Source: Vicugna vicugna
Taxonomy: Eukaryota
DNA: 64,000 bases
Reading direction: 5' to 3'
Assembly (NCBI GenBank): GCA_013265495.1
Contig: MU062295.1
Coordinates: 14,735,692 to 14,799,691, forward strand
Shown: positions 32,560 through 45,300 of the stretch, one piece after another
Position numbering within the stretch: position 1 is the stretch's first letter
Layout: each line of letters begins with the position of its first letter
Made by a program: the position numbers and the translations under genes
Notes under the pieces: model-generated
The model's input: only the letters and a program-made list of their open reading frames with translations
Databases searched by the model: none
What the model was told of the DNA's origin: nothing

Positions 32560-33320
32560 TCTGGCGTGCCGGCAAATTCCGCCACTCCGAATTTAGAGGT
32601 GCAGAGATTAGGGTTTGGGGTAGTTTGGATCCCCGGGCTTCCGTAGGAGCAGGCGCTTCCGTCGCCTCCGGCCCCGCCCTTAGCAACGCGTTGGCTTGTT
32701 AACAACCGGTCGGCCAGCAGGCGCCGAGGTGCACCGGTGGGCTGCAGCCGCGCCGGGCGAGTGGCATCGCGGTGGACCCTGCCACAGCAGTATCCCCGAG
32801 GCCTTTGGCGACTCTAGCGGCTCTCAGGCGGCCTTCATTTCTCTGTGGCGAGGCCTCTTTGGGTCCCCACCTGTAGGGGGTACAGTGTAGGACAGGAGAA
32901 CCCCCTCCATCCCTCACTCCACCGCCACAGCCATGTCAACGGCCGAGGCCGCGGCAACGGCCGAAGCCCGGGAACCCGGCACCAGGATCAAGTCCAGCAG
33001 CCCTCGCCAAATCCCGGCAGTCGGGGTGGTGACGCAGGACGAGGAAGCGCAGGTATGGGCCGGGTGTCTGAGCTTTGGAGGGTTTAAAGGCGGGGCGGCG
33101 GGTTAGATCTGGGGGCGGGGATGAGGCCTGGGGAGAGCAGGGGCGGAAATGGGGGCCCGAGGGGAGCCCGCGGGACAGAGGTTCCTTGCGCGAAGCTGAT
33201 CCCTTCGAGAACTAAGCCACCTGCGAGGGGGGTCGGCTGTCGTCAACCAACCTGTCTGGGGACTCTCTTGTCTCGAGGTCCTCCCGAAGCGTACCAGTAA
33301 ACTAGGCGAGGTTTTGCGGC
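32560..33320 (+). promoter_or_regulatory. CFAP69: CpG-island promoter and 5'UTR of CFAP69
   Basis: CpG-dense island spanning exon 1; GC box ccccgccc 32672-32679, RFX half-site TAGCAAC 32681-32687, ETS-like GCTTCCGT at 32637 and 32655. Confidence 0.85.
32933..33052 (+). CDS. CFAP69: CFAP69 exon 1 (MSTAEAAATAEAREP...VTQDEEAQ)
   Basis: GCCATG Kozak; donor CAG|GTATGG. Confidence 0.93.
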
Positions 33321-36300
33321 TTTTCTTCATAAAATGTGACCACGAAGGGCCTGGGAGCGAAGGAAACATTCACAGCGAGAATTTAGATTTGATGACCACT
33401 TTGCACTCGGCTTTTATATGTAGATCCCTGTTACCGTGTGCTGCTCTTGATACAGGTGTAAATTCTCCTGTGTTTAAATGCGCTGTTACCAAAACCTGCA
33501 CCTGGAGGACAGGACAACGCTGTTAAAATTAGAAATTAAACGTCATTTTTATATGAAATTGGAAGCTGGTTACGAGTATATCGGAGAGAATTGAGAGAGA
33601 ATAGAATTTATTTATTTTATTGTGCTTGTATTTGGTTTTGAGTTTACTTTTTGTCATGAATACAGAACTAATTCTTTCGAGGGGGTTTGCTGAGAAATTT
33701 CACATTAAACACTGGCTTAGATCGCCATTCCTGGCATGGGGGGTCTAGAAACTTCAAGGGGTTTGTTTCATACTGGGGTTCCATTGCTCCTCCTCAGAGA
33801 GCCATGATCAAGCCCTAAATTAACGTGAATTCTGTGGAGAAATCCTCTCCTACCTCTTCACACTGATGGCGTGAGGCAGCCATTGGAATTCCTGTTGAGG
33901 CTTCTCAAGTCTCAGGCTGCGTCAGAAGCCCTGTCTCCTGCGTCCACATTCTGGAGCCTTGGAGAGTTCCTTGGAAGTGGCCAGTTGACTGGGGACCTTT
34001 TCTACTGTGGGAATAGAATCAAGCTCTCTTAAGGTGGCCAGACACTTCACCTAAAGAGCAACAGCACTTTTGCATGAGGAGGAGCAGGTGTTAGGGGAAC
34101 TGGGTTTGTGGAAGTATTCCAATCTGGGCAGGGAGAAGAATTTTGAGAAACAGCAGCTCTTCCTTCACTCCCAAGGCTGCAAGGGGGCTCAACACTACAG
34201 CTGTTCTTCCAGGCACTGGGCAAAACTGAGAAGTAGGTGAATCTAGTATCTGACAGCTCTCATTCTTTCTTTACTTAGTATAAATAATAGGGGTGGGAGC
34301 AAGGTTATATGAGGCAGGCAAGCTTGGGTTAAAAAGAAAAAAGGGGAAATACTTTTAATAGGCCATTGCTAAAATAGTCTACAACATGTCAACTAAAGCA
34401 GAACAAGTATACCCGTGTATTTGTGTGTGTGTTTTCTCCCTTCCCTTTGTTTTTTCCTTTTCTTTTACAACCTCTCCTTACAGGGCCTAAGATTCTCCTC
34501 TAGGAAGAAATCAATTTGTATTAATTAAAACCCTACCCTGTTAATAACTACTTGTAGGATTATTAACATTGCTTAAAGTAGTGAAGAAAAAGGCAGTTTC
34601 TACCAAAAGAAATAGAATGAAGACATTTTAGAGTTGGGAGACATGATCACTTAGCCTTCCTGGTTTTTGTTTGTGGTTGTTTTTACAAATAAGAGCCTAA
34701 GGCCATGAGAAGTTAACTGAGAGTTACTCCATTTCTTTTCTGGGAGTGGGGTCTAGTGCTCTTTGTCATTTAAATTGATAACCTTTTAGACCTCTGCCTT
34801 GGAATTCTAAATGTTTCCTAATCTTTTCAAACCATTCCATATTTGCATCCTCCTCTGCCTACAGAGACAGTACAGTATATCCTAGTAGCGAAAGGTAAGA
34901 ATGTGGGGTCTACCTTAGTTCATTAAACCAGCTGCCTCACATGCTTGACATCACAAAGTGTTCACCTTTCATCTCTTTCCTGTTTATTTTCACATGGTTC
35001 CTCTCATTCTAAAGAAGCAGAAGCCTTTAGAGCAATGGTTATTCAAACCTTAATATGCATTTGGAGCCCCTGGGGAACTTACTAAAATACAGATTCTGAT
35101 TCTGTAGGTCTCAGGAGGAGCCCTGGATTCTGCTTTTCTAACAAGTTTTTGGGTGATGCCATTGCTACTGGTTAGAGGTCCTGGTTTCCCACTCTGAGTA
35201 GAAACACTTAATAGCCTTATAGCTGCAGTATGGTATGAACAGTGTGACAGGGTTTCACAGCAGCTAACTCCTGGAAAGCTATAGGAGATGGACTCAGATT
35301 ACAAAACAAAGTAAACAATAACAACAACAATAAAACAAAATTCCTACCCTCCCCCTGCCAGGTCAGATGATGTGGTACCAAATGAGGCTTTAAAAGAACT
35401 ACTTGCTCTCCTTTCCTGTCACCACAAGGCCTCAGTCAATCCTGGATTAATGTTACATCCTTGGGTCCATCTCTTCCTCTCTTCCTATTCTGTTCTCCAT
35501 AAACACTTCATCTTCTTTCCTCCGAGTCCCACCTGTTCTTTCTTTCAGATTTTCACAGTAGCTCCTTATTGCTTCCTTCACCTAAGTCATTACAGTGACC
35601 AAATCATTCAGCCTCTCTAGGCCTGTTCCCTTTTCTATAAAATGAGCCTGTACTAGACAAGTATTCCCCAAATGTGGGTGACCATCACAGTCATCTGAGG
35701 AGCTTTTTATAACCAATGTACATAGTTGGGCCCTACCCTAGATTTACTTAGTCATAATCCCAGGTGTGGAAGCTGGGATTCCTAAAAGGCTCCCTCAAGT
35801 GATTTTTAGCCTCAGAACCATTGAACTGATGATATCTAAGATCTCTGCCATCCCCAGATTGCCTCAGGTCTGCTTCTCTGTCCTGTTTTCAGGGTTTCCC
35901 AATGCATAATCTGTCTTTTCTCTGTACTGTGTACTCTGCTTAGTGCCATCTCTGTGGGGGCAGAAAACCCTCTCTTATTTTTTTTTCTGTTGTGTACCCC
36001 ACAATCCCCCAGTATTCCCCAGTAGCACCCAATACAATACCTGGTACACAGGAGGTAATATTAAATATTACACCCTCCTCTCTTATGAATTTAAATCTTA
36101 CCCTACTTTCAGATCCCACCTCTCTAAAGTATCCCCCGATAGGAAGCACTTCTCATTTTCACCCTCACAGAACTTCTCATAAATGGATATAGTCCTCCAA
36201 CTGAGTCACACAGTTTCTCACCTAATTATCACTTGTTTTATGTCTGTTACTATTTAATTTGTCTTGTTTTGTCTCTCCCACTAGAGTATGGATTCCTTAA

Positions 36301-39300
36301 GTGTAGGACATATATCTTTAAACTCGAGTGTCCTTCCTGCCTCAACTCTGATCTCAGAGTAGAAATTTAAGTCCTCAAGTACCTTACAAAGCCACTTGTG
36401 TTCCAGCCACACTAGCCTCCTGGCTTCTCCCCTACCATGCCAGGTGTACCCTGCCTGAGGGCCTTTGCACTTGCTATGCCCACTGCCTGGAATTTTGCCT
36501 CTTGATGTCCATGGCTTGTTCCCTTACCTCCTTCATGACTTTGCTGAAATGTTACCCACTTTGTGAGTCTTTTGCTGACCACTGCTTGAGCATCCTAGCA
36601 CTTTCTACGCCTGTTTCTCCCGAGTATTATCTTGCAGGACAATATATAACTTATTGTCTCCCCTAAAGCATATTAATTCTTCATGAAAACAGGAAATTTT
36701 ATGTGTTTTATTCAATACCATATCTTTAGTGCTTAGAACAATGGCACAGTAGAGGCACACAATAATATTTGTAGAGTAAATATATGATTTGATTAGCTCA
36801 CTTGCTTAGGTATCATGGCTGAGATTCCATGCCCAAATTTGCTTTCCCTCTGAGAACCTCCACAACCCACTAATTGATGTCATATCCTGCCGCTGTCTGT
36901 AATACTGCCATGTACTGTGTCCTTAAAATTGACTACCCCTGTTTTGGAGTAATTGTTAGAAGTAATCTTTGTGGTCAGTTGAGGAGTGAGGCAGAGGACT
37001 AAGGTGCAAAGAACCAGTGTTCCTGCATCAGGCGGCCCTGTGAGCCCACTTACCAGCTCTGTGACCTTAACAAGTTAGATCTCAAGGCCCCAGTTTAATC
37101 AACAGGAATAATAATTCTACTTGCATATGGTAGGTTTGGGGATTGATTAAGATATAAAGTACCAGACATAAAAACAGACCACAATAAATGTTAGTTCCTT
37201 TCCCTATAACTAAGTATCAGCTAAGCAGGATTTTTCCCCTTTGAAATGTTCCTTGGTAAAGTGGGAAAATAAGTTCATCTTATAACTTGAAGTCGGGGTC
37301 TCATTTTCTTCAAAGTACTGTATTAAGCTTTTGATCTTAAAAGGTTTGTTAAATGTTTTTACGGTTTCTCCATAAACATCTTGTAATAACAGCAATTACT
37401 TTTATGTTTATATTTGTATGTTCTCTTTTGCTTCTACACCTGCCTGTGTGATCTCATTTACTAGACTGTTCCAATTATTACTTTAAGCCTGTGATTTAGA
37501 AATCTCTGCCCCCAATTTAACTCATCTGCAGCCTCGACACCAGCCTCTTCCTCCAGCATTCCCCATTTCAGCAAATGGTGCCACCAGTTACATCATTCCT
37601 CGAGCCAGCCAATCATCCTTACCTTTTCCTTCTCTTTCCCACCAAATCAAATCACTCATTAAGTCCTGGTGACTCTGCCTCCTTGATGCTTTTCATTCCA
37701 TTCATTGTTGTCTATCCCAGTGGACATTTCCTTACTTGAGGCCTGAAGTTACAGACTGGTCTTCCACCTCCAGTCTAGATTTTCCCAACTCAGTTTACTC
37801 AGCAGACAGAATGATTTGTTTATTGTTACGTTTCTCTGGCTAAACCCTGTGGAAATCAACAAAGATCATCCTAATGAGAACAAACAGGGGCTATTTACTC
37901 AACACTTGCTATAGAAAGTCAGCTAGCATTACATGCATTTGGCAGAGACTCCAAGGCAGGCAGGAAAGTGTCACAGTGAGTAAAGAGAAGGCTTCTGGTT
38001 TGCTCTGGTTGGAGGCTGCTGCCAGGGGAAGCTGGAAGTGAGCTAGCTAGAAGCAGGACATCCTGTGTGATTCATTTGGCTTTTTCTGGTTGGCCCTAAG
38101 TAGCAAATGGGAGGAGGAGGGGAAGTACAGGGAATCTGATAATCATTGACCAGATCCTGACTTTTCTGAGCCACTTGCTGCAGAAGTTGTGGTTTGGCTC
38201 CCGAGGTTGATTGCTGCAGAGGTTGTAGGACAGAGTTCTGTTGCCAGATATAGTCTGGCCATTGTCCGTTTATATGTCCAGTCTCTCAAGCCATTCAATA
38301 GCTTCCAACCATCCTTAGCATACTATACATTTCTGTAAAATGGGGTTAATAACAGTACCTACCTCATAGAATTCAGTTAGTAAATACATGTAAAGTGCTT
38401 ACAGCTATCTTGGAAATAGACATTGACTACTAAGTTTTAGCTATCACCATCATTGTTATTACCATCGTTATTATTATTTACCATTTGACCTCTACTTACC
38501 TTGTCAGCATCATCTGTAGCCACTATCCCCTGCACTATCCTCTCCAACATATTGAGTGACTCACCAGTCCTCTTAATGCCATGTGTTCTCTTGCTTTCAG
38601 GCCTTCACATAAGCTACTCCCTTTGCTCCATCTGTGAAACCTTCAGTTCATCTCACAAAACCTACTCAGCCCTACCTCTGCCTGCAGATTATTTCTTCCA
38701 GAAGTTGTCCCAGATTCCCATCCCTTTTCCTCATGCCATTCTGTCCCTCTTCTATATGGTTCCAGAGTAGACTTCTCAACATTCATGGAGAGTCTTGTAT
38801 GTGGTCTATATTACCTGCATCTCATGCCAGACTGATAGATACTTGAAGTCAGGGCAATGTGTTCCCCATACCTAACAGTTTCTGAAATGTAGAAGCTGCT
38901 TATAAATGTTTATAGAAGGAGAAAAAGGCTAAGGGAGGGAGGGAGAGAGGGAGAAATCTTAAAAATATAACATATGCCAAGCAAGTAAAACAAAGAGTAA
39001 CATGAAGTGGTAATACAAGATAAATCTAAAAATAATCTATGCTTTAATTTTTACTACTCTGTTTCTTATAAAAGTTATATCTGATCATTTGGGGGAAAAT
39101 TCTCATACTACATGCAGGTATTAAAAAGAAACTCCTGCACTGACATGTCATTTTTATGTCTTTTCCAACTCACAAAGCCAGTATCACAGAAAATCAGAAA
39201 ATAAAAACAAACTATATATATTTATTTCTCTGAGAAAACAGGGAGAAAAAAGACAACTGAGGCAGTGGCAGACGGCACTGTTAAATCCCCAGATCTCAAA

Positions 39301-42300
39301 AGGCAAAATTCTATTTATCAAAAAATTGTGTAACAGTAAATTTAATAATTTAAATAATTTAACAGTAAAATGTAATAATTTTAATGGTAATTGTAATACC
39401 AAGTATAGACAATTATATAGTAAATCCTTTTGATTGTTAATATTTTCAGTAAAAGTCACTTTGAGTAAATAAATTCATTCAGATAGTTTTCTGCAGACTT
39501 AATGTTAGAACACTTAACTGAAAATTGGTTTTGAAAGAGATTTCTTGAGATAGAATATATAAGTTTGCAATTGTGAAAGGAAATTCTAGACCTAAGGCAA
39601 TGGATAATGGCTATGTCAAAATATGGAAAGCTACATATTATGGATTTGAAAATCAGAAAATATAATGGTGTTAACAATAAGTGAAATTATATAAAGTTTT
39701 TATACATGTAAACAAAACAGAAAATAAAATATAAATATATAAAATAAACATAAAATTAAAATAAAAATATAAAAAATATATAATAAAAATAGAAGTATTT
39801 AGATAATAAGATTTTTTCTTTTTGAATAATTTTATATAACCATTACATCATCTTTTCAGTCATTTTAAAATAGAAATACGTATAAAAGCAGGACAAACGG
39901 GAAGAAGGTAACAAGTTTGGGATAGCTTAACTCATATAACAGGAGTAAAGAATATTGATGTGACATTTTAATTAAAAAGAAAATGTCATGCAACAAAGCA
40001 TTAACCCTCAAGATAAACACAGCCAAATCTGCACTTAGAATTTGCAGACTTCTGTATCATCATAAGTACTTAAACTTTGGATGATAACACCTCCTGTTTT
40101 CTTCCCCATTTACCTACAAATAACTACATGTCAGGCCCAGTGTTTGGTGTCAGGGGTGCCAGAAAACAAAAGTCTGCCCTCAAGTGAGGTAGGGTATGGT
40201 AGGAGATAAACGCGTAAACCATTTTAGAACAAGGTGATGGGAACTGTAATGGTTATAGGCTCAGGGTGCCATGGGAGCACAAAGGAGGGACATTTGTTGT
40301 ATCCTTTTTCATCCCTTGGGGAGGTGACACCTGAGCTGTGTCTTAAAGGACCTGTGGGATTTAACTGAGGAGAGGAACAGGACTGTAATAACATAAATGG
40401 AAACACAGGAGGGGGTTGAGGGGCATTAGTGGAGAGTCAATGAATGGTTTAGATGTGTTATGTTCAGATTTGCATTTCATCGTTTCATTGACCAGAGGGT
40501 AGAGGACAATGTTGAAGAGTGCAATAGTAGAGGCAGAGAGAACAGCAGGAAATCATAACTGAGTGAGAGATGAGAACTGAATAAATCAGTATGATGGAAT
40601 GAGCTCAAGAAATATTTAAGATATGAAATCCATAGAACTTGGTGGTTCCTGTTTTCTAATATGTATGACGGTAAGACTGCTGGGAGAAGGAATACCTAGT
40701 TCAGGAAGGTGATCTCCTACCTGTGGTTTAGAAGCTAGTCTTACGTATATTTGCATAGGCAAACTCAGTGTAATGTGTATGCGTGAGATCATTTTCTTTT
40801 CTAAAGCCTGGAAGTGCTGCTATTCCAGATGCTCTCTTGGGCCTTTCACTAATGAAATTTAGACATTAAGATTATCAGATTATACTAGAATTCAAGAGGT
40901 GTTTTTTTTTTACTGCAAAATTCATTTATTCCTATAATTCTCATCTACTTTTCATTCTCCCCTATCTTTTTCTCATATTTTTAAGTTGCCAAGGGATAAT
41001 ATAATATAAAAATAGTATGTTTGGTGGGATTTCTAGATTCTTATTATATAGAATACTATGAGTTGTATGTTTTTTTAGGGTGTTTTCACGTCTATGGACC
41101 TAAATCGTGTCATCAAACTCCTTGAAGAGACTGAAAAAGTAAGCTTTAAGAGAAAATTTCTCTGCTGTTTCACTTATAGACTATAATTTTCCTGAAAGTT
41201 AACATGTGTTTCCCTAAATATAAGTCTCATTTTTCTCTCTTTGTTGAAAACATTTCAAATAGTACATGTCTTATATTGAAAGACTATTTAAATTTATTAG
41301 GAATATATTTAACCTGGTAGGGAGGCTGGAAAAGAATAGATTTCGTTTTGTGGGATGGACAAATCCATGATGTAAACAGAAGGAATCATAAGAGTAAAGA
41401 AAGACTCATCTAGCCTGTTAGGGTGCAAGGGTAGAAAAAAGTATATCATGATGTAGTGCTTAGTTTTCTGATGTGAAATCAGGATATATACACACTCATA
41501 CATAGTCATAGGTAATTTATTTTGAGAGAACTCTTATACAGAATGTAATGGAAATAAAGATACAAGACTCAAAGTTGAGAGTTTAGGCATCAGGAGAAAG
41601 GATAATAAATGCATCTGCATGCATGTTTATACCACACTCTCCTGATGTTACCCAAGAATTGACTGATTGCCTAAAAAGCCAGGACACACTACAAAGTTAC
41701 TATAGGATGAAGACTGCATACTTTCAGAAGGCAGGAAGTAGGCTGACCACGGTAGAGCTGATCAAAACAAAACAATGTCCTGTGGTTAGCATGCATAGAA
41801 ATATAGTCACTATCTTAACATTTATTAGAATCTGTACTTTTTTAAAAAAGGAAACCCAACTACGTAGAGTTCCTTCTTGCTGTTAAACAAGGGTAGACAA
41901 AATATGTGTACTATATATACTTTTGATATATATAGAAAATGCCACAGCTTCTCACAATTTAAGAAGGTTTAAAGGACAGAAGTGATTCTGTCAATGAAAA
42001 CATATCACTGTATAGAGTTTTGTTTTACTTTGTTTTAATTGGCTGAAGATATTTGGTGCAAGCTATTACACCGAGCATACTTTAGAGGTTAAAAGTACAA
42101 TTTCTGGAGTCAGACTGCCAAATTTGACTCCTAACAGTATCATTTACTAGCTGTGTGATCTTGGACAATGACTTAGTGTTTCAACTAGAGTTTCCTATTC
42201 TAGAAAAGAGGGATAAGAGGTACCTTCCTAATAGGGTTGCTATGAAGATTAATGAAATGATTGGCATATACAGTGCCTAAATGGTACACAGCATACAAAA

Positions 42301-45300
42301 ATGCTCAACACTCTTCAGGTATTGTTAATATTATTTCTGGAAACAATTACTGCTTTTATATTAACCTCATTTTGAGTCTCAATTTCCTATTCAAATGTAA
42401 ATGGTAATTTATTTTTACCTTTACTATTTCAGGAAACATTTTGTAATGCCTATATTATAATTTACTAATTTAAGAATTACTTAATAATATGTTTGCTTTC
42501 TTTTTATATTAAGGAAAATTTTAAAAAATCTCAACAGAATTAATAGCACAAAAGAACTAAAATAGATCATTTGTTTTAGGATGATTTAGAAGAAAAACAA
42601 CTTAAGTCTGTCAAGAAAGTGGTGCAGTGTTATCAGAATGGACTTGTATCCTTTATTTATATGTGTTTCATTTATCCTGAAATGGGAGAATTTTTATTAG
42701 AAAATACACTAGTTTCTTATTGCTGCTGTAACAAATTACCACAAACAGTGCCTTAAAACAACATAAATTTTTGGTTTCATAGTTTTATATGGATTTGTTA
42801 GGTCAGTTAGTTACCTGAGGGCATGTGGATATCAAGCACTGTTTAGTGGTAGCCAAGAAAGTCTATTAGCAAGTGATTTCTTTTCCTATCTTAACCAGAT
42901 AGCTCGACACCTCTGTTATTTTTCTTCACATTAGAGAGTTGATGACAAATGATTCTCGCTGAATGCCTTTAGTTGGTTGGCTTTAGAACTTATAAAACAA
43001 AAGGAAAGATAAGGTAGCAAGGTATCTTGGTCACTTCTCTAGAAAGTTAACAGAGGTTAGTATTTCTAATATATCCAGCTCTCCTGTCTTTTCCTAAGAA
43101 GTTCCTAAAAAAGACTAGAAGTGATCAGATTAAATCAACAAGTGCAAGTCACAGCTACCAAGTGCCCTCGACTGTAAAACAAAATCTGTAAAATGTGTTT
43201 ACGTACCAGTTGGGTTTTTTAAATAGGTTAAATAAAAGGTGCTTTCACCTGAAGATCTACAAGGTACATTTTCCTTTCATAAACTAGTTCTAAATAAAAT
43301 AAAATCTCAACCAGTTGAAACCTTAAAAACAAGAAAATGCACCTGAATAACATTAATAAAATAATGCAGAAAAGTAAGGTAGGTTTGGGTTGCTTATTCC
43401 TGAGCAATGTACGTTTTGTATGTGGATGGGTGGAGATGAAAGATACAATTGAGCCATTAATTTCTTTCATGTGTTATTACTCATGGCCAATTATAAGTTA
43501 TTGTTCAACTGAATATGTGGCATAGTAGTTGGTAATAAAATTCTAAAGGTGTGGTGAGAGGAGAAAAAAATATTTTGAGTAAGAGATTACTAAGACAAAA
43601 ATATTATTCCTAAAAAAATATGGTTCTAAGTTTTCCTCTTTAGACCTCAAAAATAGTATAGTTAGGACAGGGTCAACTACATTTAACAAAATAGATAGAA
43701 TTCAATAAGACCTTCTTGACAGAAGTGCTCTAAAGAATCTATTGATAAAAATCTTAATTTTATTTCTTAACTAAAAATATTAAAGCCCCTAAGGGATTTA
43801 GCACAGATATTTAAAATTCTGAATCTGTGTGCAGGAAAAATTAAAAAACAGCCCCATTTTATAGAACCTGCATATAATATCCTAAAATTATGTGGGTAAG
43901 TTGTTTTTAATTTTATTTTACATTAGCATGCAGTATTTTATGTTTTGTTTTGTATTACAAAAATTTTATGCTTATGGTATAGCAAAGTGATACAGAACTC
44001 AGGAAACTTCACCTGATCACTTGATTCCAGCAGCTGGTATCTCAAAGGTAGTCCATTTTATTATAGTCTGAAATTGCTGGCCACAAGAGATTGAACTGTA
44101 AGTATATTAAAATGTTTTCTCATAATAAATTGCTCTCAAGTGAATGATAAAAGTGAGATTAAACCAAGAAATTATAATATTTTTAGAGAATCCCTTGAGA
44201 ACATTTATGGACAATACTTAATAATTTATGTCTGTTTTTTCTCTCTCTCTTTAGAAAATTTGACTCTCACAAACATGTTAGGTTCTATGTCATGTTTTAT
44301 TTGATCTTCCAAATTTGAATAAAGAATGAATTTGCATCTATTATTTTTGGTGTTTATTTTTCAAAATGCAAAGTAGAGGTCAGAATTATAAAATTCATAT
44401 ATTCCATCCTCTGTACTGCTGTTTCTTCAACCATTTTGGGGAAGTAGGAATATCTTTTGCTTCCTTGCTACCACTCAGTGGCTAATCAAGATGTATATTA
44501 AAATATATGTTTTTTAAGTTTTCAATATAATATAGTAGAGGAAATTTCTTAAACTAGGAATAAACTTTTCTGACAATTCAACCTTCTAAACCTTTCTACC
44601 AATTTAACTTTTTAAATAATGTGTTTCTTTTAATATACAAATAATAATATTAGTAAGACTATGTATACATGGTAGGTTTATCTCTCACTTTTAGATTTAG
44701 CAGCAATATTTACAATTTTGTAACTGCTTACATTTAAGTTTTTTGATATTTGAATAGTCGAAAATAATTTATTGAATGCCCTTACGATGGCTTACTTTTT
44801 TATAGAGACCATGAAAAATAAAGAAATAAATTATTTCTCTGGTGCTCTCAAGGAACTCTAATGTACTAACTGGAATTTATTGTTATATTGATGTGAGATT
44901 ATATTATATAAAGCACTTTCAAATTTTGAGGCTGTGCAAGTCCTAGAACACAGCATTTGTAAGCATTACTTTCAACATCAAGGTTTCTACAGAGCTCCAC
45001 CAAGAATTATATCTCTATGAAAGCTGTGACTGAATGTTTCATTACATAATATGACAAATCTTTTGAATTACACTCCTCCCTTTTCTTCATATTTTATAAT
45101 TATTCACATAATTTTTTTAACTTCCCTAATTTCTACTGTCATCCTGCATTTTCCCACGCTGCACCCTCACTCGAATCCCTTTTCAAGGACATTTTTGGGA
45201 GACAGTCCTCTTGTTTTAGCTTATATGTTTTTCTCAGTGCATCAGAAGTATAATGCTTATTTTTTTTAATAACCTTTTTGGTGGAAAACTTCTTGATGCT

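Noticed and set aside
32486-33526. Several 64-88 aa ORFs around the CFAP69 promoter
   Set aside because: CpG-island artefacts; the real exon 1 is ATG 32933 to donor 33052
39700-39800. Almost pure A/T tract (also 11540-11600 and 20160-20280)
   Set aside because: Low-complexity sequence; not a structured repeat array or CRISPR
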